20,000 nt of DNA from Malacoraja senta (taxonomy: Eukaryota), in assembly GCA_038087875.1 (NCBI GenBank), contig JAXLNO010000611.1, positions 112,056-132,055 of the forward strand, given 5' to 3'. The notes beneath the pieces are model-generated. The model made no database searches. It was not told the DNA's origin and worked only from the letters and a program-made list of their open reading frames with translations. Both the position numbers and the translations under genes were made by a program. Shown piece by piece: positions 10,796-20,000 of the stretch (its first letter is position 1; each line of letters begins with the position of its first letter).

Positions 10796-12727
10796 GATGG
10801 TTGGAATAACTTTGAGATCCACTTTCCTGAAGACCAGACACCGGGCATTCATGTCTGATGATACAGTGGTCTACAAGAAGTCCAGATACGACCTTGGTAA
10901 GGCCATCAAAAAGGCCATAAGAAACTTCTGCTCCAACTGGAGGATGAGACAGATGTTTGGCAGCTGTGGCGGGGCCTGAATGCAATCACCTCCTACAAGG
11001 CAAAATCAGGAGGCAGCTCGAATGTTTGCGTATTATCACTCCCTGACGAGGGCAATGCGTTTTACGCACGCTTTGATAGGGATAACACTGATGTGCCTTC
11101 TCATGCCCCCATTCGCTGTGATGGTATTGCAGTCAGACTCACAGAGGCCGGCGTCAGAAAAACCCTTCAGAGGGGTGAACCCTCGAAAAGCGCCTGCACC
11201 TGCTGGTATACCTGGTCGTGTTCTAAAAACCTGTGCGGACCAACTGGCTGGAGTTTTTACGGACATTTTCAACCTCTCACTTCTGAGGTCTGAGGTTCCC
11301 ACCTGCTTCAAAAGGGCATAAGTTATACCATTGCCCAAGAAGAGTAACGTGACGTGCCTCAATGACTATCGACCAGTGGCACTAACGCCTGTAGTGATGA
11401 AGTGCTTTGAGAGGTTGATCATGGCGAAAATCAACTCCTACCTCGACAAAAACTCGGACCCACTGTTCGCTTACCACTACAACAGATCAACGGTGGATGC
11501 GATCTCGCTGGCTCTCCACTCCACACTGGATCACTTGGACAAGAAAAACTCATATGTCAGGCTGTTATTCATTGATTACAGCTCGGCGTTTAATAGAATC
11601 ATCCTCTCCAAGCTGGTTACCAAACTCGCAGAACTGGGTCTCTGCGCATCTCTCTGCAATTGGATCCTCGACTTCCTCATTCACAGAACACAGACTGTTC
11701 GAATTGGTGGGAAGGTGTCAGCCTCGATAACAATTAGCACGGGAGCACCTCAAGGCTGCGTGCTCAGCCCCCTGCTGTACTCACTCTATATTAATGACTG
11801 CGTAGCTGGTCACAGTGAGAACTCCATCATCAAGTTCGCTGACGACACCACTGTTGTGGAACGTATCACTGATAGGGACGAGTCAGAGTATAGAAGAGAG
11901 ATCGAGCAACTGTCCATATGGTGCCAGCACAATTATCTGGCCCTCAACGCCAGCAAAACCAAGGAACTGATTGTGGACTTTGGAAGAGGTAGGATGGGGA
12001 CACACAGTCCTGTTTATATCAACGGGTCGATGGTGGAAAGGGTCAAGAGCTTCAAATTCCTGAGCGTGCACATCTCTGAAGATCTCTCCTGGTCCCAGAA
12101 CACTGATAAATAAAGCACATCAGCGCCTCTACTTCCTGAGAAGATTACGGAGAGTCGGTATGTCAAGGAGGACTCTCTCTAACTTCTACAGGTGCACAGT
12201 AGAGAGCATGCTACAAGAGTTGCATCGTGGCTTGGTTCGGCAATTTGTGCGCCCTGGAGAGGAAAAGACTACAAAAAGTTATAAACGCTACCCTGTCCAT
12301 CATCGGCTCTGACCTCCCTACCATCGAGGGGATCTATCGCAGTCGTTGCCTCAAAAAGGCTGGCAGCATCATCAAGGACCCACACGATCCTGGCCACACA
12401 TTCATCTCCCCGCTACCTTCAGGTAGAAGGTACAGGAGCCTCAAGACGGCAACGTCCAGTTTCAGAAACAGCTTCTTCCCCACAGCCATCATGCTATTGA
12501 ACTCAACAAACAAAACTATGAACATTAATAGCCCATTATCTGTTTATTTGCACTTGATCCGTTTTATTTATTCATGTGTGTATATATTTATACAATGGTA
12601 TATGGACACACCGATCTGTTCTGTATTCATGCCTTCTATATTCTGTTGTGCTGAAGCAAAGCAAGAATTTCATTGTCCTATCTGGGACACGTGACAATAA
12701 ACACTCTTGTATCTTGAACCTTGAATC
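10796..12727 (+). mobile_element. Rex1/Babar-clade LINE, 5'-truncated and degenerate
   Basis: RT motifs [70 protein letters not shown]-terminal LPSGRRYRSL..FRNSFFP; AATAAA at 12696-12701; ~7-bp CTTGAAT-like tail repeats. Confidence 0.93.
10980..12530 (+). pseudogene. Disrupted reverse transcriptase ORF of the Rex1/Babar element
   Basis: Catalytic FADD at 11835-11846 in ORF 11331-12113. Stop at 11319-11321, apparent lost codon in DPL(Q)FAY, frame breaks near 12110 and 12215. Confidence 0.88.
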
Positions 12728-12970
12728 TTTTGCATGTTCAAGGCAAACCACCTTTCGCATTTTCAAAGCAAACTACCTTTTGCATTTTCAAAGCAAACCA
12801 CCTTTTGCATTTTCAAAGCAAACAACTTTTTGCATTTTCAAAGGCAAACAATTTGCATTTTCAAAGGCAAACAATTTGCATTTTCAAAGCAAACCTTTTG
12901 CATTTTCAAAGCAAACCACCTTTTGATTTTCAAAGCAAACCGCCTTTTGTATTTTTCAAAGCAAACCGCT

Positions 12971-13162
12971 GTTTGAAACAACAAGTTTGAAACAAGTTTA
13001 TTCATGGATAACCCCTTGAGATGGACAGTCATCTCGTTTTCGAGGAGGTCCAACATAGAACATACAGCACAAGACATAACATACATAGAGGCTCTCATTG
13101 ACCCACCTACCCACACACTAATCCCAAAAACCCTCCATCCCCACTTGTTATAGTTTATAACA
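12971..13162 (-). mobile_element. 3' terminus of an L2-like LINE (distal 3' UTR, stem-loop, tail)
   Basis: Minus strand reads GGACCTCCTCGAAAACGAGATG-ACTGTC-CATCTCAAGGGG (stem 13018-13035), then AATAAA (12997-13002), then tail repeats TTGTTTCAAAC (12971-12996). Confidence 0.68.
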
Positions 13163-13225
13163 ATTTTACTTCGGAGTCACGTGAGTGACTACGTGAAGAA
13201 GCCCCGTCCAGCCGCACACGCGTCA
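13163..13225 (+). repeat. DIRS left terminus: ICR-complementary segment plus left ITR
   Basis: 13163-13199 is the exact reverse complement of 17854-17890 (37/37). 13190-13225 is the exact reverse complement of 18084-18119 (36/36). Confidence 0.96.
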
Positions 13226-13406
13226 TTATCGATCAGACGCATATCGTTCATGACCGTGTGTGGAGGAGCAGGAGCTCCTCCAGCCGGTGAGTAAAACAAA
13301 AGTAAAACAAAAGTCGGAAGGTAAGTGGGTTACTTTTCACTTACAGGAGCGTTTCCTTCCCGTTTAGACTTGTTGGTGGAACTCCACACAAGTTTATTAT
13401 GCAGAA

Positions 13407-14760
13407 ATGGGAAGGAGAGGCGGCCAGGGACGCGCCGTAGTAAAACCTCAGGCCCTAAGGGTAGCGGGCGTCAGTCAGGGGAGTCAGTGGCAGCGAAGCC
13501 ATTAGCTCCCGTTGTGGTCGAATGTGCGTTAAACCGCACCGGGCGGGAGCAAGGCTGAGAAAAAAAATATCGGCCCGACCTGTAGACTCGGATGAGTCAG
13601 ACCCGGAGGTGTGCCCTCCTCAGGCAGGAAAGAGTATTACACTGCAAGGGTCAAAAACTTTTTAACTCCTTATGGGGCAAATGAATTGTAAAGAACCCCC
13701 ACAGGAGGATTTAAGTCGGTGTTGGCCAATGAAGCATAGCACAGGAGGTGCCTTGGAACAGGCACAAGGGTGGCCTACAGGAGAGCCATCGGTGCCTGTG
13801 CAGAAACATTAAAGAGGTTGGCCTACAGGAGAGCCAGTGCCCAAAAATGCCAGAAAAAAGGCAAGTTATGTGTTGGCCTATTGGAGAGTCAGTACTAGAA
13901 ATGCCTGAACAAAAGGCAGCACAAACGTGCAATGATAAATGTGCCAGCACCGACAAATATAAAGAGTAAAAATAATGAAGCGTTGGCCTAGAATTGAGCC
14001 AGCGCCAGCAGCACCTGAAGCAGGGCTGCCTGTCCGTGGGCCTACAAGAGAGACCGCGCAGGGGGAATCTGGCAGAGACTTACCTGAAACAGGGGAGCCA
14101 GAAATTACCCAACATAAAAATGAATATCTAGATTTAGATGATGATTTAAATGAGGACCAGAGCCCATTATCAGAGCCAAAAATGTTCCAAGGCTGGCACA
14201 AAACTTTGCTGTTCCCAGAGTAACAGGGGAACCTTTGAGAGAGGAAATAGCTATGACTATAAATTATCTACTCTCCCATCAGCCCAGGAATTAACCATGG
14301 ATGAGACTATCAAAAAATATGAGACCTGGGAAATTGTAGCAGTTACAGCAGTGAATAAACTTGATATGGGTAATTTGAGCAGTGGTTTACGCTCACAAGA
14401 ATTGAAATTACACAAGTGCTAAAATTTCTGGGGTCAGTGGTTTGGATGATGGTTATATATCGTATTCACAACAAAATGTGGCACTCATGTGTAGTGCGCA
14501 CTTTGAAATAAATTGTATTCATAAAAATGCAATAAGACCAAATATTCATCCTAAGTATGCAGGCTCTGCAAACCATGCAATATACAAATGCCTAAATCTG
14601 TTTTGAGAAAAGCTAGCAAAGAAACTAAAGGATCACCTATGCTGAGCAGAGCGGTGAGAAGGCGAAATGTGGTGCTGGAGAAGGAACAATCCTATCATTC
14701 TCGTATACACGTTGACGTGCTGCACCGAGGATACGTGGAGGTTACAATGTGCCTACTAAA
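13407..14760 (+). pseudogene. DIRS ORF1 (gag-like), fragmented
   Basis: Lies between the left ITR and pol; first ATG at 13407. Remnants AVTAVNK..LRSQELKLHK and ALMCSAHFEIN..KNAIRPNIHPKYAG resemble the DIRS gag C-terminal region. Many stops and frameshifts; boundaries approximate. Confidence 0.6.
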
Positions 14761-14799
14761 AGGGGACAACAACTGCCAGTGGCAAACCCCGAGGTTAGG

Positions 14800-16731
14800 G
14801 GGCTTGGTCTGGTAAGAAACACAACAAATGTGTCACACTCACAAATAGGGGGAAGGTTACGATTCTTCCTAAAAGAATGGCAATCAATAACAAATGATTC
14901 ATTTATTCTATGTAGCATTGTAGGATTCAAAATTGAGTTCTCTCCACGTTTGGATCCTCCAATTCAGCATCATTCAAACTGGTCACGGATTTTCTCAAAG
15001 GAAGAGAATGGGTTGATCAAAGGAGAATTGAAAAACTTTATGCAGAAAAGGATGATATAAATGTCAGGAGAACAACACCATCAGTTTGTGTCAAATATTC
15101 TCCTAGGAATATTCTCCTAGAAAAGGGATGGTGGACATAGAATCATTTCCGATCTGACAAATCTTAACCTTTGTGTACAATAGAAACATTTCAAAATGGA
15201 AACATTTACTAATGCCATTTAGCTAGTCACAAAGAATTGCTATAAGGCAAGCACAGATCTGCAAAATGCATATTATTCTGTGGCAATGCATGGTAATGAT
15301 CAAAGATATTTGAAATTTAGATGGATGTCAGTTATGGCAATTTAAAGCATTGCCCAATGGTCTGATTTCAGCACCAAGATTATTCACTAAATTGCTCCAA
15401 CTAAATGTTAGCTCTGTTATGAGCTGAGGGCCATGTATTAATGGCTTATTTAGATGATATCCTCATTGTAGGGGACACTTTGGCTGCTGCAAAATTGTCA
15501 GTATCCAGAGTCAAATACATTTTGAGAAATTAGGTTTCATTATTCACCTACAAAAATCTAAATTGTTACCAAGCAAAAAGATTGATTACCTAGGGTTCAC
15601 AATTAACTCCGAACACATGGTAATCACTTTGCCAAAAGATAAAAAGCTGCAGTTAATTGAAGGTTGCATAAACCCATTAACGAGGACACACCTTCAATTA
15701 GAGAAGTGGCAAGTTTGCTAGGCAAATTAATTGCAGGGTTTCCAGCGGTCACGTTTGGACCATTGCATTATCAATGTTTACAGAGAGCTAAGGTACAAGC
15801 GTTAAAAATGAATAGAGGGCATTTTGATAGGCCCATGAAATTAACAATTCAATCCATTACAGAAATAGAATGGTGGATTAACAATGTTTCTAATGCTTCC
15901 AGAAAAGTTCTGGTAGAAACACCTTCCGTCACTCTACAGACTGATGTAAGTGTGCTGAGTTGGGGCGCTACTAACATGATTTCCAGCTGTGGAGGTAGGT
16001 GGAATGTGAATGAAGTACCTTTGCTGGAAAATCTGTGAATCAATTATCTAGAGCTATTAGGCGCATTTTACGGCCTTAGAGCTTATTGCACTGATATGGG
16101 AAATGTGCATGTTCAGGTACAGGTTGACAATACTACAGCTGTAGCATACATAAATCACATGGGTGGTATAAAATCAGAATCATGTGATAAATTGGCAAAT
16201 GAAATTTGGACCTGGGGTATTGCCAGAAAAATTTGGCTGTCAGCAATATATTTACCAGGTAAGAATGAATACAATTGCAGACAAAAGATCACGTAAATTT
16301 AATGATAATACAGAATGGATGTTAAATCGAAAATATTCACACAAAATTATCACACAATTTGGAATGCCAGAAATTGAACTGGTTGCATCAAGATTGAACC
16401 ACCAGTTGACTAAGTATGTGTCATGGGAACCTGGTCCTGGAGCAGTAGTGGTGGATGCTTTCTCGCTACATTGGGGGTGGTATGTTTCTGTATGCTTTTC
16501 CACCATTTTGTTTAATCCACAAATGCATACAGAAAATTAAACAAGATTCAAGCCTCAGAGATTTTGGTAGTACCAGATTGGCCTACACAGGTATGGTACC
16601 CACTGGTGTTAAAAATGATCAAAAAAAACCTTATGGATATTCCAAAGCAGATTAAACTGCTTGTACACCCTGTGACTAATGAATCACATCCTTTACTTAA
16701 TCGTATTGGTTTGTTGATTTGCAGATTCTAA
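14800..16731 (+). pseudogene. DIRS ORF2: reverse transcriptase, RNase H and adenine-methyltransferase-like domain, disrupted
   Basis: RT: GGRLRFF..EW, HFKME, DLQNAYYSV, LPNGL.SAPRLFTK, YLDD (15447-15458). RNase H: QTD.S..WG, INYLEL, VDNTTAVAYINHMGG, N.IAD..SR. MT-like: DAF..W, YAFPPF (16491-16508), VVPDWPTQVWYP. Stops at 15058, 15181, 15220, 15420, 16036; a 14-bp tandem duplication at 15094-15120 shifts the frame. Confidence 0.93.
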
Positions 16732-17689
16732 GAAGGCATATCTTGAAAAAGGATTATCAGACCGTACGGTGGATGTTATGACAGCAGCCTGGAGGAATAG
16801 TACCCAGAAGCAGTACATTTCCTATATAAAGAAATGGGAGGTGTTTTGTTCAGGAAAGAATATTGCATATAACACAGTAGAAATTTCAGATGTAATAGAG
16901 TTTCTTTCAACTCTACACTATGAATTGAAATTAAGTTATAGTGCAATTAATACTGCACGAAGTGCACTCTCTGCATATTTAAGCAGTGAATCAGAACAAA
17001 CTCCAATTGGAGAACATCCTTGGGTCTGTAGGTTTATGATAGCAATTTTCATCTCTAATCCTCCCAGACGCAGGTATACAGAAATTTGGAATGTAAAAGA
17101 TGTGCTGATGTTCTTAAGGAGTTGGAATCCAGTTGAAACCCTGTTCATTATCCAAAATTACCATGAAATTGGTTATGCTCATGGCATTAGTTTCAGCGCA
17201 GAGAGTTCAAACATTACAGAAACTCAGAATTGATAGAATGAAAGTAGGGCAAAATGCCGTGACATTCTATGTCTATGATTTACTGAAGCAAAGTAGACCT
17301 GGGTCCACCGGATGCAAGTTGGAATTTTTAGCATTACCTACAGATTCACGACTGTGTGTAGTAACATATGTGAAATGTTACATAGAAACAACAAAAGTTT
17401 TAAGAGTCATAAAAAGGCTCATAAGAAAGTATCAACACAAACAATTTCACGATGGTTGAAACAGGTGTTGAGATATTCAGGTATTGATACTGATAAATTT
17501 AAATCTCATTCCACGAGGGCGGCATCAACATCAGCGGCCAGGGATTCAGCGTGCCAATAGACCCTTATTCTCGCGGCCGCAGGATGGGCAAGTGAACAGA
17601 TGTTTCACAAGTATTACCACAAGGAGATTAAAGACCTCAGAGGGTTTGGTGATGCCGTGCTGGATACATTATTAAATCCCCCATTATAA
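16732..17689 (+). pseudogene. DIRS ORF3: tyrosine recombinase, frameshifted
   Basis: N-terminal STQKQY..W, YSAINTARSALS, HP.V.RF. Catalytic set AQR (17196-17204), HSTR (17507-17518), GW (17582-17587), YY (17612-17617); stop at 17687-17689. Split across ORFs 16769, 17133 and 17312. The true start probably overlaps ORF2. Confidence 0.92.
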
Positions 17690-17853
17690 ATGGGCCTAAT
17701 TTTTGTTATTTTTATTAAAATAAATAAAACCATTAACTGATTACATTCAAATGTTGTGGTTATGCATTGTTGATTGTGCTTACTCAAATAGAGTCAATCG
17801 ATGCAGTGAACACTTGGATTTGAATCCACGGTGTGAAATCACAGAGCTTTGAA

Positions 17854-17967
17854 TCTTCACGTAGTCACTCACGTGACTCCGAAGTAAAATAGTAAGATTA
17901 AACGAGAACTTACCAAGTTTGAAGTTTGATCTTTATTTTATGAGGAGTAACGTTGAGGGATTACGTG
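17854..17967 (+). repeat. DIRS internal complementary region (ICR)
   Basis: First half (17854-17890) is complementary to the left end. Second half (17888-17967) is complementary to 18114-18193 with only two 1-nt A-run indels. The halves overlap at AAT. Confidence 0.95.
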
Positions 17968-18083
17968 CCCTCCGCTCCCACCCTCATAAAAGGATCAAGC
18001 TGGTAGTTCTAAGTCTTTATGCATCTTACTATCATACTTCAGTAATTATCGACTGTGATTGTCACTCCGCTGCTTTGAAAGAT

Positions 18084-18193
18084 TGACGCGTGTGCGGCTG
18101 GACGGGGCTTCTTCACGTAAATCCCTCAACGTTACTCCTCATAAAATAAAGATCAACTTCAAACTTGGTAAGTTCTCGTTTAATCTTACTATT
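18084..18193 (+). repeat. DIRS right ITR (18084-18119) and right extension (to 18193)
   Basis: Exact inverted match to 13190-13225; the extension pairs with the ICR. Confidence 0.95.
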
Positions 18194-18728
18194 GTTAATT
18201 AACTTTACAAATCCAATAATAACAAAAGTTATGTTACAGCATAATGTTAGTGCATAATACCATATACCACCTATCATACATCATACGTTAATACATACTA
18301 TCAACATTATTACATAATATATTATTTCATGATATTGTGACATAATACAATATAAGACCTTGTTACATTATGCAATACAATAATACATAAGTGTAATGGC
18401 CATGCATATACAATAGTTATGCCAAATGATCACACTCAGAGCAAGCTAGATAAAGGAGCTCGAAGACTCTAATACTAGAAACAGGTACATGGTTTATAAG
18501 GAAAGGTAAAAGTGTATTTTTAAATAGACGAAATGAGCTAATAGTTCTTATGGTACTAGGCAGAGTGTTCCAGTCAGAAGGAGCTTTGTATTTAAATGCT
18601 CGTCTCCCAATTTCTTTGTTAGTTCTTGGAATGAAAAAGAAGGGTTGCTGAATATGTCTTAGTGAATATGAAGGTGTGTATGGTAATAGGTCTTGTTTTA
18701 AATAAGAAGGGTAATTGTGGTGGATGCA
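18194..18728 (-). mobile_element. L2-like LINE: ORF2 C-terminus and proximal 3' UTR (continues at 13162)
   Basis: Minus frame from 18728, not in the ORF track: CIHHNYPSYLKQDLLPYTPSYSLRH..FFIPRTNKEIGRRAFKYKAPSDWNTLPSTIRTISSFRLFKNTL, the YxLR / G..AF...AP..WN.LP pattern of L2/CR1-group elements. An AT-rich UTR follows. Confidence 0.82.
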
Positions 18729-20000
18729 TTTATTTTTTTGTTTTGTTTATTTTATTAGAAGTTAATACAATACAAAACAATAGTGGTACCTAATTTTAGG
18801 TGCCAACTATGTCATAACGTAATGCATTCTATGTACAACCTCTAGTTTTATGTTTTTGAAAAGGAGGTAAAAAAAAAGAAAAAAAAGTAAGAAAAAAAAA
18901 ATAGAGAAAAGAAAGAGGAAAAATAAATAGTAGAAAATAGAAACACGTGAAGTGTGTATATAAGAAAAGAAAACATAGAAAGTAGAAATCGTAGAAAAAG
19001 ATCCTTAAAAAAGAAATTTTCAAATCTTTGTTTGGAGATGTAAATCTATCCACGACCTGACCTGAAATCAGTAATCTTTACGGTACTGCTGCATCTCATG
19101 ATTCCAAAAAGTCGATGAAAGGGGACCAACTCCTTAAGAATTGGTCATATTGATCTATTAGGCGGAGTCTCATTTCTTCTAGGTGTGCTATGTCCGTCAT
19201 ATTCCTAATCCACATTTTAATAGTTGGTATAGCTGTATTTTTCCAAAATTTAAGTGTCAATTTCTTTCCAATTATTAACCCATAATTAAAGAATACTTTT
19301 TGGTCTTTGTTGAAATTACTATCTTCTAATATTATTCCAAATATAATCCATTCCATATTAGGTTCTATCCTTGACCTTGAAGAGCTTTGTAAATATATCA
19401 AATATATCGCTCCAAAATGTATTCAACTTTGTACATCCTACAAATGAATGTGTTATATTGGCATTTTAAAACAAACATTTATCGCATCTGGGAGAGACAT
19501 TTGGGTAAAATTTATTCAACCTCGTTTTTGAATAATATAGTCTATGTAATAATTTAAATTGAATTAAATTATGTCTTGCATTAATGGAACAATTATGTGT
19601 ATTCATCAGATACTTTTTCCATCTATCTTTCGGGATCGTTATTATTAGTTCATGTTCCCAATCTTCTCTTAGTGCCTATGTTGAGGGTAATTCTCTATTT
19701 AATATACTATTATAAAATATGATATTAGTTTTTCTGAATCAGCCTTAATATTCATTGCTTCTTCTAAAGGGTCTAAAAATATAGTTTGAGATCTATGTAT
19801 ATATTTCTTCATAAAGTCACATATCTGTATATATTTAAAATATTGATTATCATTCAGTTTAAATTTTTATTTTAATTCTTGAAATGATAACAATTTGCCC
19901 AGTTCATACATATCTCCTACTTTCCAAATCCCCAATCTATCCCATTGTGTATATGTTTTGTCGATAAGAGATGGTTTTGAATGCAGGTATGTGGTGGATG
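18729..20000 (-). mobile_element. L1-clade LINE 3' portion (ORF2 C-terminus, 3' UTR, degraded A tail); runs off the right edge
   Basis: LIQFKLLHRLY followed by a C-x2-C-x8-H-x4-C knuckle CDKCLF*NANITHSFVGC (19433-19486, stop at 19466-19468), then WK...PT...W and W.PFI (ORF 19096-19401). AATAAA at 18751-18756; A-rich tail 18729-18750. Confidence 0.9.

Larger units (their letters stand above)
2627..12970. repeat. Satellite B: array of 22-bp (TTTTGCATTTTCAAAGCAAACC) and 25-bp (+ACC) monomers, interrupted by retroelements
   Basis: Approximate blocks: 2627-2763, 3023-3239, 3459-5134, 5361-5489, 6595-8137, 8364-8583, 9688-10795, 12728-12970, all in one orientation. It accounts for the HFQSKPPFAFSKQTTFCIFKAN pseudo-ORFs. 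Confidence 0.97.
13163..18193 (+). mobile_element. Full-length DIRS1-type tyrosine-recombinase retrotransposon (5031 bp), coding-degenerate
   Basis: gag, RT/RNase H/methyltransferase-like and tyrosine recombinase in order; ITRs, internal complementary region and right extension present; ATT trinucleotide at both ends (13163-13165, 18191-18193). Confidence 0.96.

Noticed and set aside
3031..10979. Long HFQSKPPFAFSKQTTFCIFKAN ORFs (up to 314 aa)
   Set aside because: The monomer lacks stops in all three + frames, so overlapping ORFs arise automatically. Indels ignore frame and LINEs interrupt the array.
1..12970. CRISPR-like periodic, partly palindromic repeats
   Set aside because: Monomers are contiguous with no unique spacers, there are no cas genes, and the context is eukaryotic retroelements.
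16732..17689. Phage integrase/prophage or bacterial RT-methylase defence system
   Set aside because: RT-RNase H-MT-recombinase order with ITR/ICR termini is the known DIRS1 architecture, and it is embedded among vertebrate-type LINEs.

Overview
Eukaryotic repeat-only DNA with no recognisable host gene, RNA gene or CRISPR array. It is probably from a cartilaginous fish, inferred from a HER1/CR1-type LINE tail. Layout: a CpG-rich 25-bp satellite A (1-2209); a minus-strand Gypsy-like 3' LTR with polypurine tract (2210-2626, second partial copy 3240-3458); and a 22/25-bp satellite B (TTTTGCATTTTCAAAGCAAACC[ACC], ~2627-12970). Satellite B carries + strand LINE 3' fragments (L1-like tail, CR1, Crack/L2-group, Rex1/Babar) and a recent ~3.05-kb tandem duplication. 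A nested stack follows: a minus-strand L2-like LINE split by a full-length DIRS1-type tyrosine-recombinase retrotransposon (13163-18193) and cut on its 5' side by a minus-strand L1. The strongest observations are substitution-free DIRS ITR/ICR pairings around badly decayed ORFs, a palindromic reconstructed DIRS target site, a shared Gypsy/satellite-B junction, and possible inverted kinship of the two satellites. I cannot support a wholly new biological system from sequence alone. All family calls are by-eye motif recognition, not database results.
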